Assembly: GCA_963828465.1 (NCBI GenBank)
Contig: CAWHEU010000022.1
Span: 256,001 to 320,000, forward strand
Direction of reading: 5' to 3'
Length of the DNA: 64,000 nt
Source: an uncultured Acidobacteriota bacterium
GTDB lineage: Bacteria; Actinomycetota; Acidimicrobiia; Spongiisociales; ZC4RG35
In this document: positions 32,939 to 43,950 of the stretch, one piece after another
How positions within the stretch are numbered: position 1 is the first letter of the stretch
Layout: each line of letters opens with the position of its first letter
The notes under the pieces: generated by a model
What the model was told of the DNA's origin: nothing
The model's database searches: none
Seen by the model: the letters and a program-made list of their open reading frames with translations, nothing else
Made by a program: the position numbers and the translations under genes

Positions 32939-34638
32939 ATGACGCATCTGGCTGCCTTCGCCCTGCGCCATGAGCCTGTTCCAGGTGGCGGGTCCGACCC
33001 CTGGTGGCACCTTCATAGACGACGACGGACATGTTCTCGAGGGCGGTATCGAGGCGATTGCCGCTGAGGGCATCACATTCGGCTGCAATCCTCCGTTGAA
33101 CGACCGGTATTGCCCGGAGCGGGTGCTCACGCAGAGCACAGATGGCGGCGATGGTCGTCAGGGCCCAGGATCTCCCCGCCACATCGACGGATGCGTTCGT
33201 CGACGACGATGGTCATGTCCTCGAGGGTGCCATCAATCGTCTCGCTGCGGCCGGGATCACGTTCGGCTGTAACCCACCCGCCAACAACCGCTTCTGTCCG
33301 GACGACACCGTCACCCGGGCTCAGGCAGCAGGTTTCCTGGCACGTGCCCTCTCGATCCCGGCGTCGAGCACGAATCATTTCGTCGACGACAACGGACATG
33401 TGCTCGAGGGGGCCATCAATCGGATCGCCGATCGTGGGATAACTCTGGGCTGCAACCCCCCGACCAACAATCGCTTCTGCCCCAACGACGGAGTCACCCG
33501 GGCCCAGATCGCCGGGATGTTGACCAGGGCGCTCGGCCTGACCCCGATGCCCCCGCCGCCACGGTCCGCCCTTGCCTGGGCCACGGTCGTCGATGGACTG
33601 GAAGCGCCTATCCAGGTCCTGTCCCCGCCGGGAGAGAACCGGCTGCTGATCGCAGAGCAGGGCGGTGTCGTGCGGATCGCCCAGGGAGGCAACCTCACCG
33701 GGATCTTCTTGGACATCTCGGATGACGTCATCTTCAGTGGCGAGCGCGGTCTTCTCTCGATCGAGCTGCATCCGGACTACCCGGCCGATCGGCGTCTGTT
33801 CGCCTGGTACTCGGGCACTCTCCGATCCGGTGGGAGCGGCGACCACACCACCTATCTGGTCGAGTACGACATCGCACCCAATCTCCAGACCGCCTCGTCC
33901 CCACGCACCGTGCTGGCTGTCGATCAGCCGTTCAGCAACCACAACGGAGGATTTCTGTCCTTCGGCCCCGATGGTTATCTGTATCTATCCCTCGGCGACG
34001 GGGGCAGCGGCAACGACCCGGGTGGCCGGGCCCGAAACCTGAACACCCTGCTCGGGAAGATGATCCGGATCGATGTCGACGGTGCCCAGCCTTATGCCAT
34101 CCCTGCCGATAACCCATATGTCGGACGCTCGGGGCGCGACGAGATTTGGGCGTCGGGTCTCGCGCAACCCGTTCCGCTGGTCCTTCGACGGAGACCTGAT
34201 GTTCATCGGGGATGTTGGCCAGGGTGCCCGTGAGGAAATCGATGCCGTGCCGGTCACCCCGACCGGGTACGACTTCGGATGGTCCCGATTCGAAGGCACG
34301 GTGTGCAATCCCAACGACACCGATCCAAGTTGCTCCCGTGCGGGCCTCACCTTCCCCGTGGCCGAGTACGGGCAGGTCGGTGGGGAACACCGTCACCGGG
34401 GGAGTGGTCTATCGGGGCCCGACGGTGCGATCCCTCGATCAGTTCTACGTCTACGCCGACTTCGGAAGTGGCCGGCGTCCTCGCCTTTCGTTATCTCAAT
34501 GGTCGGGCTGTCGATGCCAAAGACCTCACGTCCCGGCTCGGCGATACAGGTTTGGTGTCATTCGAGACCGACAACGGTGGAGAGATGCTTGCCGTCGACT
34601 ACCTCGATGGTGTCGTTTACCGGCTGACCGGGGGTTGA
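32939..34638 (+). CDS. Three N-terminal SLH-like repeats plus PQQ-dependent sugar dehydrogenase (GSDH/YliI-like beta-propeller), several frameshifts
   Basis: ERGLLSIELHP, NHNGG..FGPDGYLY.S.GDGG, LLGKMIRID, GLRNPFRWSFD, GDVGQ..REE, VTGGVVYRG, YADF. Confidence 0.85.
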
Positions 34639-34647
34639 CCGATTTCC

Positions 34648-34674
34648 TACAGGGTGGCCGGAAACCGGCCGATT
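34648..34674 (+). promoter_or_regulatory. Candidate sigma-28-type promoter of the SpoIID-SLH gene (spacer holds a GGCCGG-AAA-CCGGCC inverted repeat)
   Basis: TACAG-N15-GCCGATT ending 8 nt before GTG 34683. Confidence 0.4.
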
Positions 34675-34682
34675 CACGCGGG

Positions 34683-36509
34683 GTGAGACTCAGAAGGACG
34701 ATCTCTGTCTTTGTCGCGTCCCTGACGCTGCTGAGCCTGGCCGCGCCCGTCCTTGCCGCTGACGAGGAGTGGGAATTCGACGGTGGTGGCTGGGGTCATG
34801 GGGTCGGCTTGTCTCAGTTCGGCGCCCTCGGTCAGGCCCAGGACGGGCGTAACGCGACCCAGATCCTCCAGCACTACTACACCGGAACTTCGGTCGCATC
34901 GATGCCGAGCAGCCATTGGACCAGACAGCCCAATGCGCTCTGGGTGGGTCTGATCGAGAACACCACGGCGGTGAATCTCACCGCAGTCGGGGGCGCTCTG
35001 TCGATCTGCCAGCCGGCGGGAACCTGTCCACCGGCCGGTGGGTTCGCCGATGCCACGATCAACCCGGGCGAGACCTGGTTGTTCGAGGTCAACCCCCAGA
35101 ACCCGAACCAATGCCGATTTCGCAAGAAGGACGTGGGCAACACCGGATGGAAGGCATGTAACGGCCGGATCACCGGTCTCAGCCCGTCCAGCCGGGTTTC
35201 GATCAACGGCACCCAGTACGCGCGGGGAGAGATCCGCTTCGTCGACTCGGCGGCCGGATTCCATGTCGTGGCCACGGTCGGACTGGAGGCCTATCTGTTT
35301 GGGCTGGCCGAGGTTCCCTCGTCGTGGCCGGCGGAGGCGCTCAAGGCTCAGGCCATCATCGGTCGCAGCTACGCCGTCGCCACCGCGGTCCTGCGCGGCG
35401 GAGGTGATGGCTCCGGCAAAGACCCGGAGCTGTGGGTGTCATCTGAGGGACACCACCGCCGATCAGGCCTACGTCGGATGGAGTAAGGAGAGCCCGGCCG
35501 CGGGCAACTTCGGCGCCCAGTGGGTGGCTGCCGTCCAGGCCACCGACCGCGAGTGTCCTCATCCACCCCCAGTCCAACTATGCGCTGCGCATCGCCCGTG
35601 CCTTCTACTCCTCTTCGAACGGCGGTGCCAGCGAGGACGTCGAGTTCGTCTGGGGAGGAACAGCCTTCCCTGGCTGCGGTCGGTCGGTGACAAATGGTCG
35701 GCGGATCCCGACATCAACCCGCTGGCGAGGTGGACGGTCGTCGTCCGCGCCCCCAGGATCGCTGCTCACTTCGGATGGAACAGCGTGACAAACGTCAAGT
35801 CAAGTCGCCGGCCCACCCGGCGCCGTGATCGAGTTCACCGGGAAGAAGGGCGGTTCTACGGTCACCGCCAAGATGTGGGGGGAGAAGCTGAGGATCTTCC
35901 TGATCGACAACGCCTTCCGTCGGGACGGCGCCGAGGTGCGGGTCTCGCCCTACATCAGCGGGATCGGTTACCGGGGCCCATTCCTCGACATCGCCGGCAA
36001 CACGTTCGAGCCGGCCATCATCTGGCTCGCCCAGCAGAAGATCACGCTCGGTTGCAACCCACCGTTGAACAGCAACTTCTGCCCGGACAAGGAAGTCACC
36101 AGGGGACAGATGGCGGTGTTCATCTCCAGGGCTTTGAATCTGCCGGCCCCGGACTCGGATCATTTCACGGACGACGACGGGAAGTTCTACGAGGCCGCCG
36201 CCAACCAGCTCTTCGAGTTCGGCATCACGTTCGGCTGTCGGGCCGATCGATTCTGTGGCGACCAGCCGATACCGAGGGGGCAGATGGCCGCATTTCTGGC
36301 GAGGGCATATGGCCTGCCAGCCGGCCCCCGGGGATCGATTCATCGATGACTCACAGTCAGAGTTCCAGGGAGCGATCAACAAGATCGCGTCCGTCGGCAT
36401 CACACTCGGGTGCAACCCACCTACCAACGACAGGTTCTGCCCCGGGGACAGGGTCACGAGGGGACAGATGGCCGCATTCCTCAAGCGTGCCGCGGAGTGG
36501 GATTCCTGA
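34683..36509 (+). CDS. Secreted SpoIID/LytB-family lytic transglycosylase-like protein with three SLH-like repeats, several frameshifts
   Basis: Signal peptide; GGGWGHGVGLSQFGA, ILQHYY, LEAYLFGLAEVPSSWPAEALKAQAIIGRSYA, DQAYVG; SLH triplet. Confidence 0.85.
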
Positions 36510-36528
36510 TCCTCCTACCATCTCGGCC

Positions 36529-37826
36529 GTGACAGACAGGGTCGAGAGCTTCTCCACGGATACGTGGACCGCCGGCGTGATCGGGCTCGGTTATGTCGGC
36601 CTGCCCCTTCTCGTCACTGCCGTCAGGTCTGGCCTGCATGCGATCGGATTCGATGTCTCATCGGAGCGGGTCGCCGACCTTTCAGCGGGGCGGTCCCATG
36701 TCGACGACGTGTCCGACGAAGCGCTGGCGGCGGCTATCGAGGCCGGAGCCCGATTCTCCTCCGACCCCGCCATCCTGGCGGAGGCCGACGCCATTTTCAT
36801 CTGTGTCCCGAGCCCGCTGGGACGCAATCGTCAGCCCGACCTCTCCTACATCGAGGCTGCCGCTGACACGGTCGCCCGGTTCGCTCGCCCGGGGCAATTG
36901 ATCAGCCTGGAGTCGACCACGTATCCGGGAACCACCGAGGACTTTCTGGTCCCTGCGGTGGCCGCCGCGGGGCTGACGCTCGATGAGGATGTCTGGGTGG
37001 CCTTCTCGCCGGAGCGGGTGTCTCCCGGCGACGAGATGAAGACAGCCGACATACCGAAAGTGGTGGGAGGAGTGACGACCGGTTCCGGTGACGTGGCCGA
37101 GGCCGCATACCGACGACTCGTGCCGTCCATTCACCGGGTGAGCTCGGCACGAGCTGCCGAGATGAGCAAGCTCCTCGAGAACACGTATCGGGCGGTGAAC
37201 ATCGGGCTGATCAACGAGATCGCGCAGCTCTGTCACGAGCTTGGTATCGACGTGTGGGAGGTGGTCGATGCCGCCGCCACCAAACCATTCGGTTTCCAAG
37301 CCTTCTATCCAGGCCCTGGGGTGGGCGGACACTGCATCCCGCTCGATCCCCAGTATCTCGCCTGGCGAGCCAGGGAGACCAATTTCACGACGCGGTTCAT
37401 CGACATCGCGGAGCAGGTCAACTCGAGGATGCCTGTCTACAGCGCCGATCGCATCGCCGAGATCCTCAACCGGCAAGGCCTCGCCGGTCCGGGGGACACA
37501 GGTGCTCGGGGTCGGTATCGCCTACAAGCCGGACATCGCCGACGACAGGGAGTCCGCCTCACTCCATGTCCTCGATGTCCTCAAGGAGCGAGGCGCTCAT
37601 GTCGCCGTCCTCGATCCGGTGGTCGGGTGCAACACGCATCGAGGCCCTCGGGTACGAGCCGGTCGGTCCCGATGACGACCTCAGTCGTTTCTCGATCGCC
37701 GCCGTGCTCACCGACCACTCGGATCTCGACTACAAGCGTCTCGCCGACCAGGTGCCCGCCGTGTTCGACGCACGGGGTGTCTACCGCCGTCTGGGTATCA
37801 CTGCCGAGAACGTCGAGGCCCTGTGA
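36529..37826 (+). CDS. Nucleotide sugar dehydrogenase (UDP-HexNAc 6-dehydrogenase, WbpA/WecC-like), frameshifted near 37485 and 37632
   Basis: GVIGLGYVGLP, ICVPSP, ESTTYPGTT, FSPER, KLLENTYRAVNI, GVGGHCIPLDP, AYKPDIADDRES. Confidence 0.9.
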
Positions 37827-38933
37827 AGCCAGTCGTCCTGGTGTTGTCCACCGTGCACCGGCCGGACGACACCCGGATACGAGAGCGCCTGATCAGAACT
37901 CTGGCCCGTGACTTCGAGGTCGAGTACGCGACGAGAGAACCGGGGCCGTCCGAGACGTCGGGGCTGCGATGGGTGTCGCTCCGGGGTGGCCGGGCGGAGC
38001 GTTGGTTTCGTGGCCTCGGGCTGGTGATTCGTCGTGACTGGGACATCCTCGTCCTCCACGACCCCGAGACGATCCCGATCGGTCTCCTGGCGCGGACGCT
38101 GAAGCGGCGTCCGGTGGTTTTCGACGTCCATGAGGACATCCCGGCCACTGCGCTCACCCGTCCGTGGGTCCCCGGCCCTCTTCGCAGGCCGCTGGCCATG
38201 GTCAGCAGGTGGGCGCTTGGGCTGGCGGAGAGGTTCCTGACCATCACACTGGCCGAGGCCGCGTACTCCCATCTCTTCTCCAGGGACCACGTTGTTTTCC
38301 CCAATTACCCGGACACGTCCGCATATCCGGAGCCCGTGCGGGAGCCCCGGCAGGAGGCGATCCATGTCGGCGATGTCACCGTGATTCGCGGACTGGACGT
38401 CGCGATCGCGGGGTGCGCCCTGGCCGGATTGCCCTTGCGTCTGGTCGGGCCGGTGAGCCCGGATACCCGGGCGGAGTTGTCGAATCTGGCTACGAGCAAA
38501 GGGAGGCGAGGTCGTCTTCGATGGTCCTCGCCCCAATCCGGAGGCGATGACTATCGCCGCGGGCGCCGCAGTTGCGATCGTGCCATGGAAGAACCTGCCG
38601 AATTACCGGGACTCGGTGCCAACCAAGCTCTTCGAGTACCTGGCACTGGGGGTCCCCGTCGTTGCCTCCGACCTTCCGGGGATCAGGGGCGCCGGAGTGG
38701 AGGAGCTCGCCGTCGTCCTGGTCGAGCCGCAGAATCCTGAAGCCCTGGCTGCCGGGATCGTCGAGGCCCTCGATGGAGGACTGCGGGGGATGGCCGCCGC
38801 CGACGTCGGGAGGGTGCGAGACGGATATCGGTGGCCCGACCGTGAGGTCAGCGCGTTCTACCTCGGCTTGGCCGGCCAAGGAGGAACCCGAGACCCCAAC
38901 TCCAATGCATCGCTGCCAGGGCCGGAGGTATGA
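37823..38933 (+). CDS. GT4 glycosyltransferase, frameshifted near 38500
   Basis: STVHRPDDTRI, HDPE, FDVHED, PNYP, PTKLFEYLALGVPVVASD. Confidence 0.85.
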
Positions 38934-39798
38934 GCAAGGCGCCAGGGCCGATGCGTCCCGAGCCGGCTCAGGCCGAACAGCACCAGAACGAGCAGGTAGG
39001 CCCCAACAGCGAGCCAGGCCCACGGCCACCACAGGCCGGCGATGATCGAAACGGCTGAGCCCGGCGACGAGGAGGGGTGGCGCCAGCTGACGTGGCCGCA
39101 GGGACCCGGGATGACGACGTGCGAATTCCCGCTTCCAACGCCCATAGTCGAAGTACTGACGGGCGAGCCCGGCCAACGATCCCCGCGGTCGATAGGCGAC
39201 TTCCAGTCCGGGATCGAACCAGACCGTGCCACCCGAGTCCCTGATCCGCTGGTTCAGCTCGTAGTCCTGATTGCGGTCGAAATGCTCGTCGTAGCCTCCC
39301 GAGGCGCTCCAGGGTCGACTTCAGGAAAACGCCCAGATAGACGGTGTCGGCCCGGCCAGGCTTGCCGCCGATTCGGTACCGGGCGTCGCCGGCTCCGAGC
39401 CGGGAGGACATGGCGGCGGCGATCGCTTTCTCCCATGCCGTCCTACCCACCGGCACTTGCATGCCGCCGACCACATCGGCGCCGGTATCGATCAGGATCT
39501 GCACGGCCCGGGCCAGATAGCCGGGAGGGATCACAGAATGGGCATCCACCCGGGCGATCACCTCAGCCGTGGTGCGGGCCAGGGCGAGATTGAGCCCGGT
39601 CGGTGTTCGGCCGCTCGGGTTGTCCACCACTACCGCGCCACAGTCGCGGGCTGCATCGGCGGTTCCGGAGTCCGAAGCCGCCACCACCACCGATCCGAGG
39701 AGGGGATACGTCTGACCTCTGACCGCTTCCAGTGCGGGCCGGATCGTGTCCCCGACGTCCTTGGCCGGCACGATCACGTCGACCGAGGGCTGAGCCAT
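38848..39798 (-). CDS. GT2 glycosyltransferase (ExoA-like), frameshifted
   Basis: VDVIVPA, RVDAHS, DTVYLG, RNQDYELN, LARQYFDYGRWK, RQLAPP, MHWSWGLGF. Confidence 0.85.
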
Positions 39799-39811
39799 CA
39801 CGCTTGGATTC

Positions 39812-41258
39812 TCACATGCTTTCCGTTTGGCCACCGGAAGCACTGCCCCTGTTGTGCACCGCGGCCAGGACGAGGAACACGACCGTGACCGCCAGGTAAT
39901 GGGCCAGGATCCGGTTGCCGGAATCACCCGCCCCCACTCGCCATGCTCCTTCTCGGATGTACGGGAGCGCCCAATAGAGCAATGCGAAGCCAATGACCGG
40001 GATGGTCCACAGACGGCCGTCCGGTATGGACTCGACAACCAGGGCGACCAGCAGCAGGGCGATCGCGGCGACCCAGGTCAGCAACCAGAACCCGTCTCTC
40101 ACCAGGTTGCGCACTGTTGACTCGATGGATGTCCCAAAGACAGCCGGGTCGGTGGCTACGTAGAACACGAGCAAGAGGGCGAGGCCGACAACCCCGGCCA
40201 GGTCCAGCCATCGGGCCCAGGGCCGGGCACGATGCGCTCCGCTCACGAGACAAAGAGCGACGGCGAGACCAATGGCGACGAGACTTCCGAAGACCGGTGC
40301 GGTTGGCGAGATCTCGTCGCCACCTGCCGCGTAGCGCCACAGCCCGAGTCCGTACCAAAAGGCGCCGACGGCCAGAGTAGGGAGAGTCATGGCGAGTCTG
40401 ACCGACATGTTCGCCCGGCTGGCCGCAACGGTCACCAGGAGGATGGCGACGACCAGGGGAGCCTCGGGTCGGAAGAGGAGGGTCACTGCCAGGGCAAGAC
40501 CGGACGGTACGGCCCACCAGGACAGCCCTCGAGACACGGCGAGCCAGGTTCCGGCTACGGCGATCAACAGATACGAGGCCGTCTGAATATGCGTGTTGAT
40601 GTAGAACGAGTCGTAGACGAGGCGGTTGGACGACAGCAGAAACAGGGTGGCCGTCGCAACGAGAACCAGGCGGTTCCGCCGAGCCAGGGCCCCACGGGTT
40701 AGGTCGACGGCCAGCCAGACGAACAGTCCCAGCCCGAACGCTCCGAACAAGGGGCCGAGCGACGCCAGATAACGGCGGCCGACGAGATCGGACATGCTGT
40801 GCAGGGCCGGCAGCCCGATCTGGCGTGTCACCAGATCGACGGCGTTCATCTCGCGGAGTCCTTCGGTGAGCACGAGATGGTTGGACGCCAGCAGGTAGCG
40901 CAGCGAGTCCGGTGTCAACCTGGTGAGGTGCAACTGCCTCGCGGCGACGGCGGTCAACGCTGCAACTCCGACGCCGATCAGCATCCACAGCAGATCCTCC
41001 CGTCGAAGGCCATCCCCCTTGATCAGAGTGATCGCGGCCACCACCAAGCCGAGCCCCAAGGCGATCAAGGAGGGCGATCGCCGGGTCCAGGGTCCCGACG
41101 ATGACGAGGGAAACGAGGGCCACGATCGAATACAGGGCCGCTCCGATCGGTACCGACAGCCAGCACCTCGCCGCCGCGGTCACGTCTCTCCGGACGACGG
41201 TGAGCAAGGCGCTCCCGGAGATCGTCAACGCAACAGCGATGCCGACTTCGGTGATCAC
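39812..41258 (-). CDS. Polytopic membrane protein, possible GT-C fold transferase/polymerase, frameshifted near 41065
   Basis: At least 13 TM segments; TPDSLRY in an early loop, FRPEA, DSGNRI. Confidence 0.55.
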
Positions 41259-41815
41259 GAAGACACCGGCGCGGGTGCGACGGAGTTCGGGACTACCACG
41301 AACTCACCGCCGGGACGCTCGGCGAGCCACCAGAGGTCGTCGTCTCCAGCGACGATCGAGATGGTGACATCGCCCGATTCAGTCTCGAGCAACCAGCTCT
41401 CGGGGCTCTCGGGGATATTGGTTCCGCCGGCCCTCGGGTCGTAGTCGACCTCGACCACCTCAAAGCCGGCGAAGCCTTCCGCGAGCTCCGCATTGACGAA
41501 GGAGCCCTTCGGGACGACGAGGACCCCACCATCGGCGGCGTCGTCCAGCTCGAGGTAGAACCCGAATCGACGATCGACCGTCCGTTGCTCGGTGTGCACC
41601 AGCTCTGTCAGCGATCCGTCTCGATGCGTCCGAATCGGGGCGGCCGACCCGGGAAGGAACGGGGTCAGCGCAAGATTGACGACTGCGGTGGCGGCCAACG
41701 CTGCCGGAAGGAACCGGGTGTATATCCGCCCCAGACGCACACGCAACCTCTGAGGTGGATCCGGCTGCGGCACGCGGGGACGATACCGCTCCTTCGAACT
41801 TTGGCAGGTGCCCAT
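41255..41815 (-). CDS. Hypothetical membrane-anchored protein
   Basis: One TM helix then an acidic soluble domain; GTGA overlap with the downstream gene. Confidence 0.55.
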   Translation of the reverse strand: MGTCQSSKERYRPRVPQPDPPQRLRVRLGRIYTRFLPAALAATAVVNLALTPFLPGSAAPIRTHRDGSLTELVHTEQRTVDRRFGFYLELDDAADGGVLVVPKGSFVNAELAEGFAGFEVVEVDYDPRAGGTNIPESPESWLLETESGDVTISIVAGDDDLWWLAERPGGEFVVVPNSVAPAPVSS

Positions 41816-41865
41816 CGTTGGTCGACATCCGCCTTGCTCCCGATTCGGCCTCTTATCGTGGGCCG

Positions 41866-42879
41866 GTGACAGTCACGCCGGAGGAAGAGCCGACACAGCG
41901 GCGAAGCCGATCGAGGCTCTACACGGTGGGCCGCTGGCTGATTGTGCTGACCTTCTTCGTTTTCATCGGTCGCAGTCTCGTGGTCAATTGGGACGAAGTC
42001 TCCAGGGCAGACCTCCACTTCGACCTTTGGTTGCTGCTCGCATCATTCGCCTTGCTCGGGCTCTGGATGGTCGGCCAGGCCCTCATCTGGCATCTGCTGA
42101 CGGTGAGCAGCGGAGCCCATATCCCGCTGCCCCGCGCCATGGCCGCCTGGTTCTACTCCCAGTTGGGCAAATACGTGCCCGGCAAGGTCTTCCTATATCT
42201 GGGGAGGGTCCACCTCTACACCAGGGAAGGCAAGGGCGCCGGCCCGATCACAGTGGCGTTTGGAGTGGAATTCGTGGGGAATCTCGCCGCCGCGGTGCTG
42301 ATGGTCCTCCTCGCCGCGCTCACCGCCGATGTGCCCGGCCTCGACGACTACCGGTGGCTGCTGGTGATTGCCCTGGTCGTGTTTCTGGTGGCCCTGCATC
42401 CCCGTTTCATCGGATGGGCGATCAAGCTCGCCGCTCGCGCCACGCGGCGGCGTCCGTTCGAGGTCAGCCTGACCTATCTCCAACTCCTCCGCTACGTCGG
42501 TCTCTACTTCGTGAACTGGATTCTCTTTGGCATCGCCCTCTACGTGCTCATCAGATCGTTCTACGCGCTCGACGCCGGCTCGATCCTCTACCTGGCGGGC
42601 GCATTCTCCTTCTCGAGCATCGTCGGAATCCTCGCCCTGTTCGCCCCATCCGGGCTCGGCGTCCGCGAGGGAATTCTTGCGGTGTTCCTCAACCGGATCA
42701 TGCCCACCTCGATCGCGCTGGTTGTGTCGGTCGTTTCCCGGCTCTGGCTGACCGTGGCCGAACTGGCCGCAGTCGGCGTGGTGTTTCTCCTGATGAAATG
42801 GGGGCGTCTCGACGTGACGCCCGGATCAGAGGCGGGGCACGTCCCTGCTGCCGAGGGCGGTCTCGAAGACCTCGAGTAA
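41866..42879 (+). CDS. Lysylphosphatidylglycerol synthase TM-domain / flippase-like protein (UPF0104)
   Basis: SQLGKYVPGK, PSGLGVREG, SRLW; multi-TM. Confidence 0.8.
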   Translation: MTVTPEEEPTQRRSRSRLYTVGRWLIVLTFFVFIGRSLVVNWDEVSRADLHFDLWLLLASFALLGLWMVGQALIWHLLTVSSGAHIPLPRAMAAWFYSQLGKYVPGKVFLYLGRVHLYTREGKGAGPITVAFGVEFVGNLAAAVLMVLLAALTADVPGLDDYRWLLVIALVVFLVALHPRFIGWAIKLAARATRRRPFEVSLTYLQLLRYVGLYFVNWILFGIALYVLIRSFYALDAGSILYLAGAFSFSSIVGILALFAPSGLGVREGILAVFLNRIMPTSIALVVSVVSRLWLTVAELAAVGVVFLLMKWGRLDVTPGSEAGHVPAAEGGLEDLE

Positions 42880-43950
42880 CCCGGCAGCAAGGGGGATCTC
42901 GTGGAAGCGGCTCCGGTAGGCCTCATACCCGGCGTCCGCAATCCGCCGTCTTCGATCGGCGTCCATGGCCAAGGATCGAATGGCGTCGGCCAGCGCCTCC
43001 GGGTCGCCGGGCGGCACGGTGACCACCTCGTCTTCCGAGAACATCGAACTGACCGCCGGTCCTTCTCTGGTGATCACCGGACGGCGCGTCGCCATGGCCT
43101 CGTAGGCCTTGTGGGGAATGACGCGGCCCGCCTTCTCCGATTCGCCGAACACCCCGAGGCAGATCCCGGCTCGGGCCAGGTGCTCAGGCAGCTCCTCGAT
43201 TGGGATCATGCCGTGCCGTTCCACCCCGACACCGGTTCGACCGATGGCTTCCTCGACGACATGCCGGTCGGGGCCGTCACCGATCATCACCGTCAGTATC
43301 CCCTCCTTCTCGACCATCGCGGCGGCCTCCACGATCGTCCCCACGCCGTGAAGGGGGATGAGCTTGCCGTAGTACAACACGAGATCAGCCTCCGACGTCT
43401 GGTCGGAGCGAGGGGTGAACAACTCATCGTCCGCCCCGACAGCGATCACCGCACCATCACTCCGCAGCGCGCCGGCGATCTGCCGATAGAACGCGAGTTG
43501 AGGCTCGGTGTCGGCGATCACGAAATCGGAGAGGCGAAGCGACCATCGATCGGCGGCAGCGGCAAGCCGAGCCACGATCGATGTGTCGCCGTGGAGCCCG
43601 CGATCCGAGATCATGGTGTCGAAGAGCGATAGGAAGGGGTCGAAGACCAGCGGCTTGCGCTTCAGCGACGCCACGAGGCGAACAATCGGCACATCGAGCC
43701 ATCCCGGGTAGGAGACGAGGTACAGGTCGGGCGCCGGTGCCATGAGCAGCCGAATCAGCAGTTTGGGGTAACCGATGAGGGCCCTCAATGCCACCAGGAT
43801 GCTCGGCCGCGAGGCCAGAGCGATCCTGTCGGACGCCCACACGTTCTCCCGGATGACACGCCATCGGATCCCCGAGAGATCCATCAGACGTGCCAGTTTT
43901 CGATTGCGGGAGAAGTCAGGGTCGAAGGTGCCGGTCCAGAGGACTCTCAT
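42826..43950 (-). CDS. GT4 glycosyltransferase
   Basis: YYGKLIPLHGV, CLGVFGESEKAGRVIPHKAYEAMA. Confidence 0.85.
   Translation of the reverse strand: MRVLWTGTFDPDFSRNRKLARLMDLSGIRWRVIRENVWASDRIALASRPSILVALRALIGYPKLLIRLLMAPAPDLYLVSYPGWLDVPIVRLVASLKRKPLVFDPFLSLFDTMISDRGLHGDTSIVARLAAAADRWSLRLSDFVIADTEPQLAFYRQIAGALRSDGAVIAVGADDELFTPRSDQTSEADLVLYYGKLIPLHGVGTIVEAAAMVEKEGILTVMIGDGPDRHVVEEAIGRTGVGVERHGMIPIEELPEHLARAGICLGVFGESEKAGRVIPHKAYEAMATRRPVITREGPAVSSMFSEDEVVTVPPGDPEALADAIRSLAMDADRRRRIADAGYEAYRSRFHEIPLAAGLLEVFETALGSRDVPRL

Larger units (their letters stand above)
23490..36500. repeat. Dispersed coding repeat family: 13 Cys-paired SLH-like modules in five genes (about 23490-23650, 24925-25445, 31150-31680, 33010-33540, 35980-36500)
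   Basis: Recurrent F.DD.G..FE.AI..LA..GIT.GCNPP.N.RFCP...VTRGQMA at protein level and tgcaacccgcc...ttctgccc at DNA level. Confidence 0.9.

Noticed and set aside
33010-33540. Direct DNA repeats that could look like a CRISPR array or VNTR
   Set aside because: About 170-bp in-frame SLH coding repeats with synonymous variation; no spacers or cas genes
34212-35486. Apparent GSDH-SpoIID fusion ORF
   Set aside because: GSDH ends at 34638 in another frame, and SpoIID has its own signal peptide from GTG 34683
35038-37911. 957-aa ORF suggesting a giant fusion
   Set aside because: Artefact of frameshifts: off-frame SpoIID/SLH sequence reads into the separate nucleotide sugar dehydrogenase, which has its own -10 box and GTG at 36529
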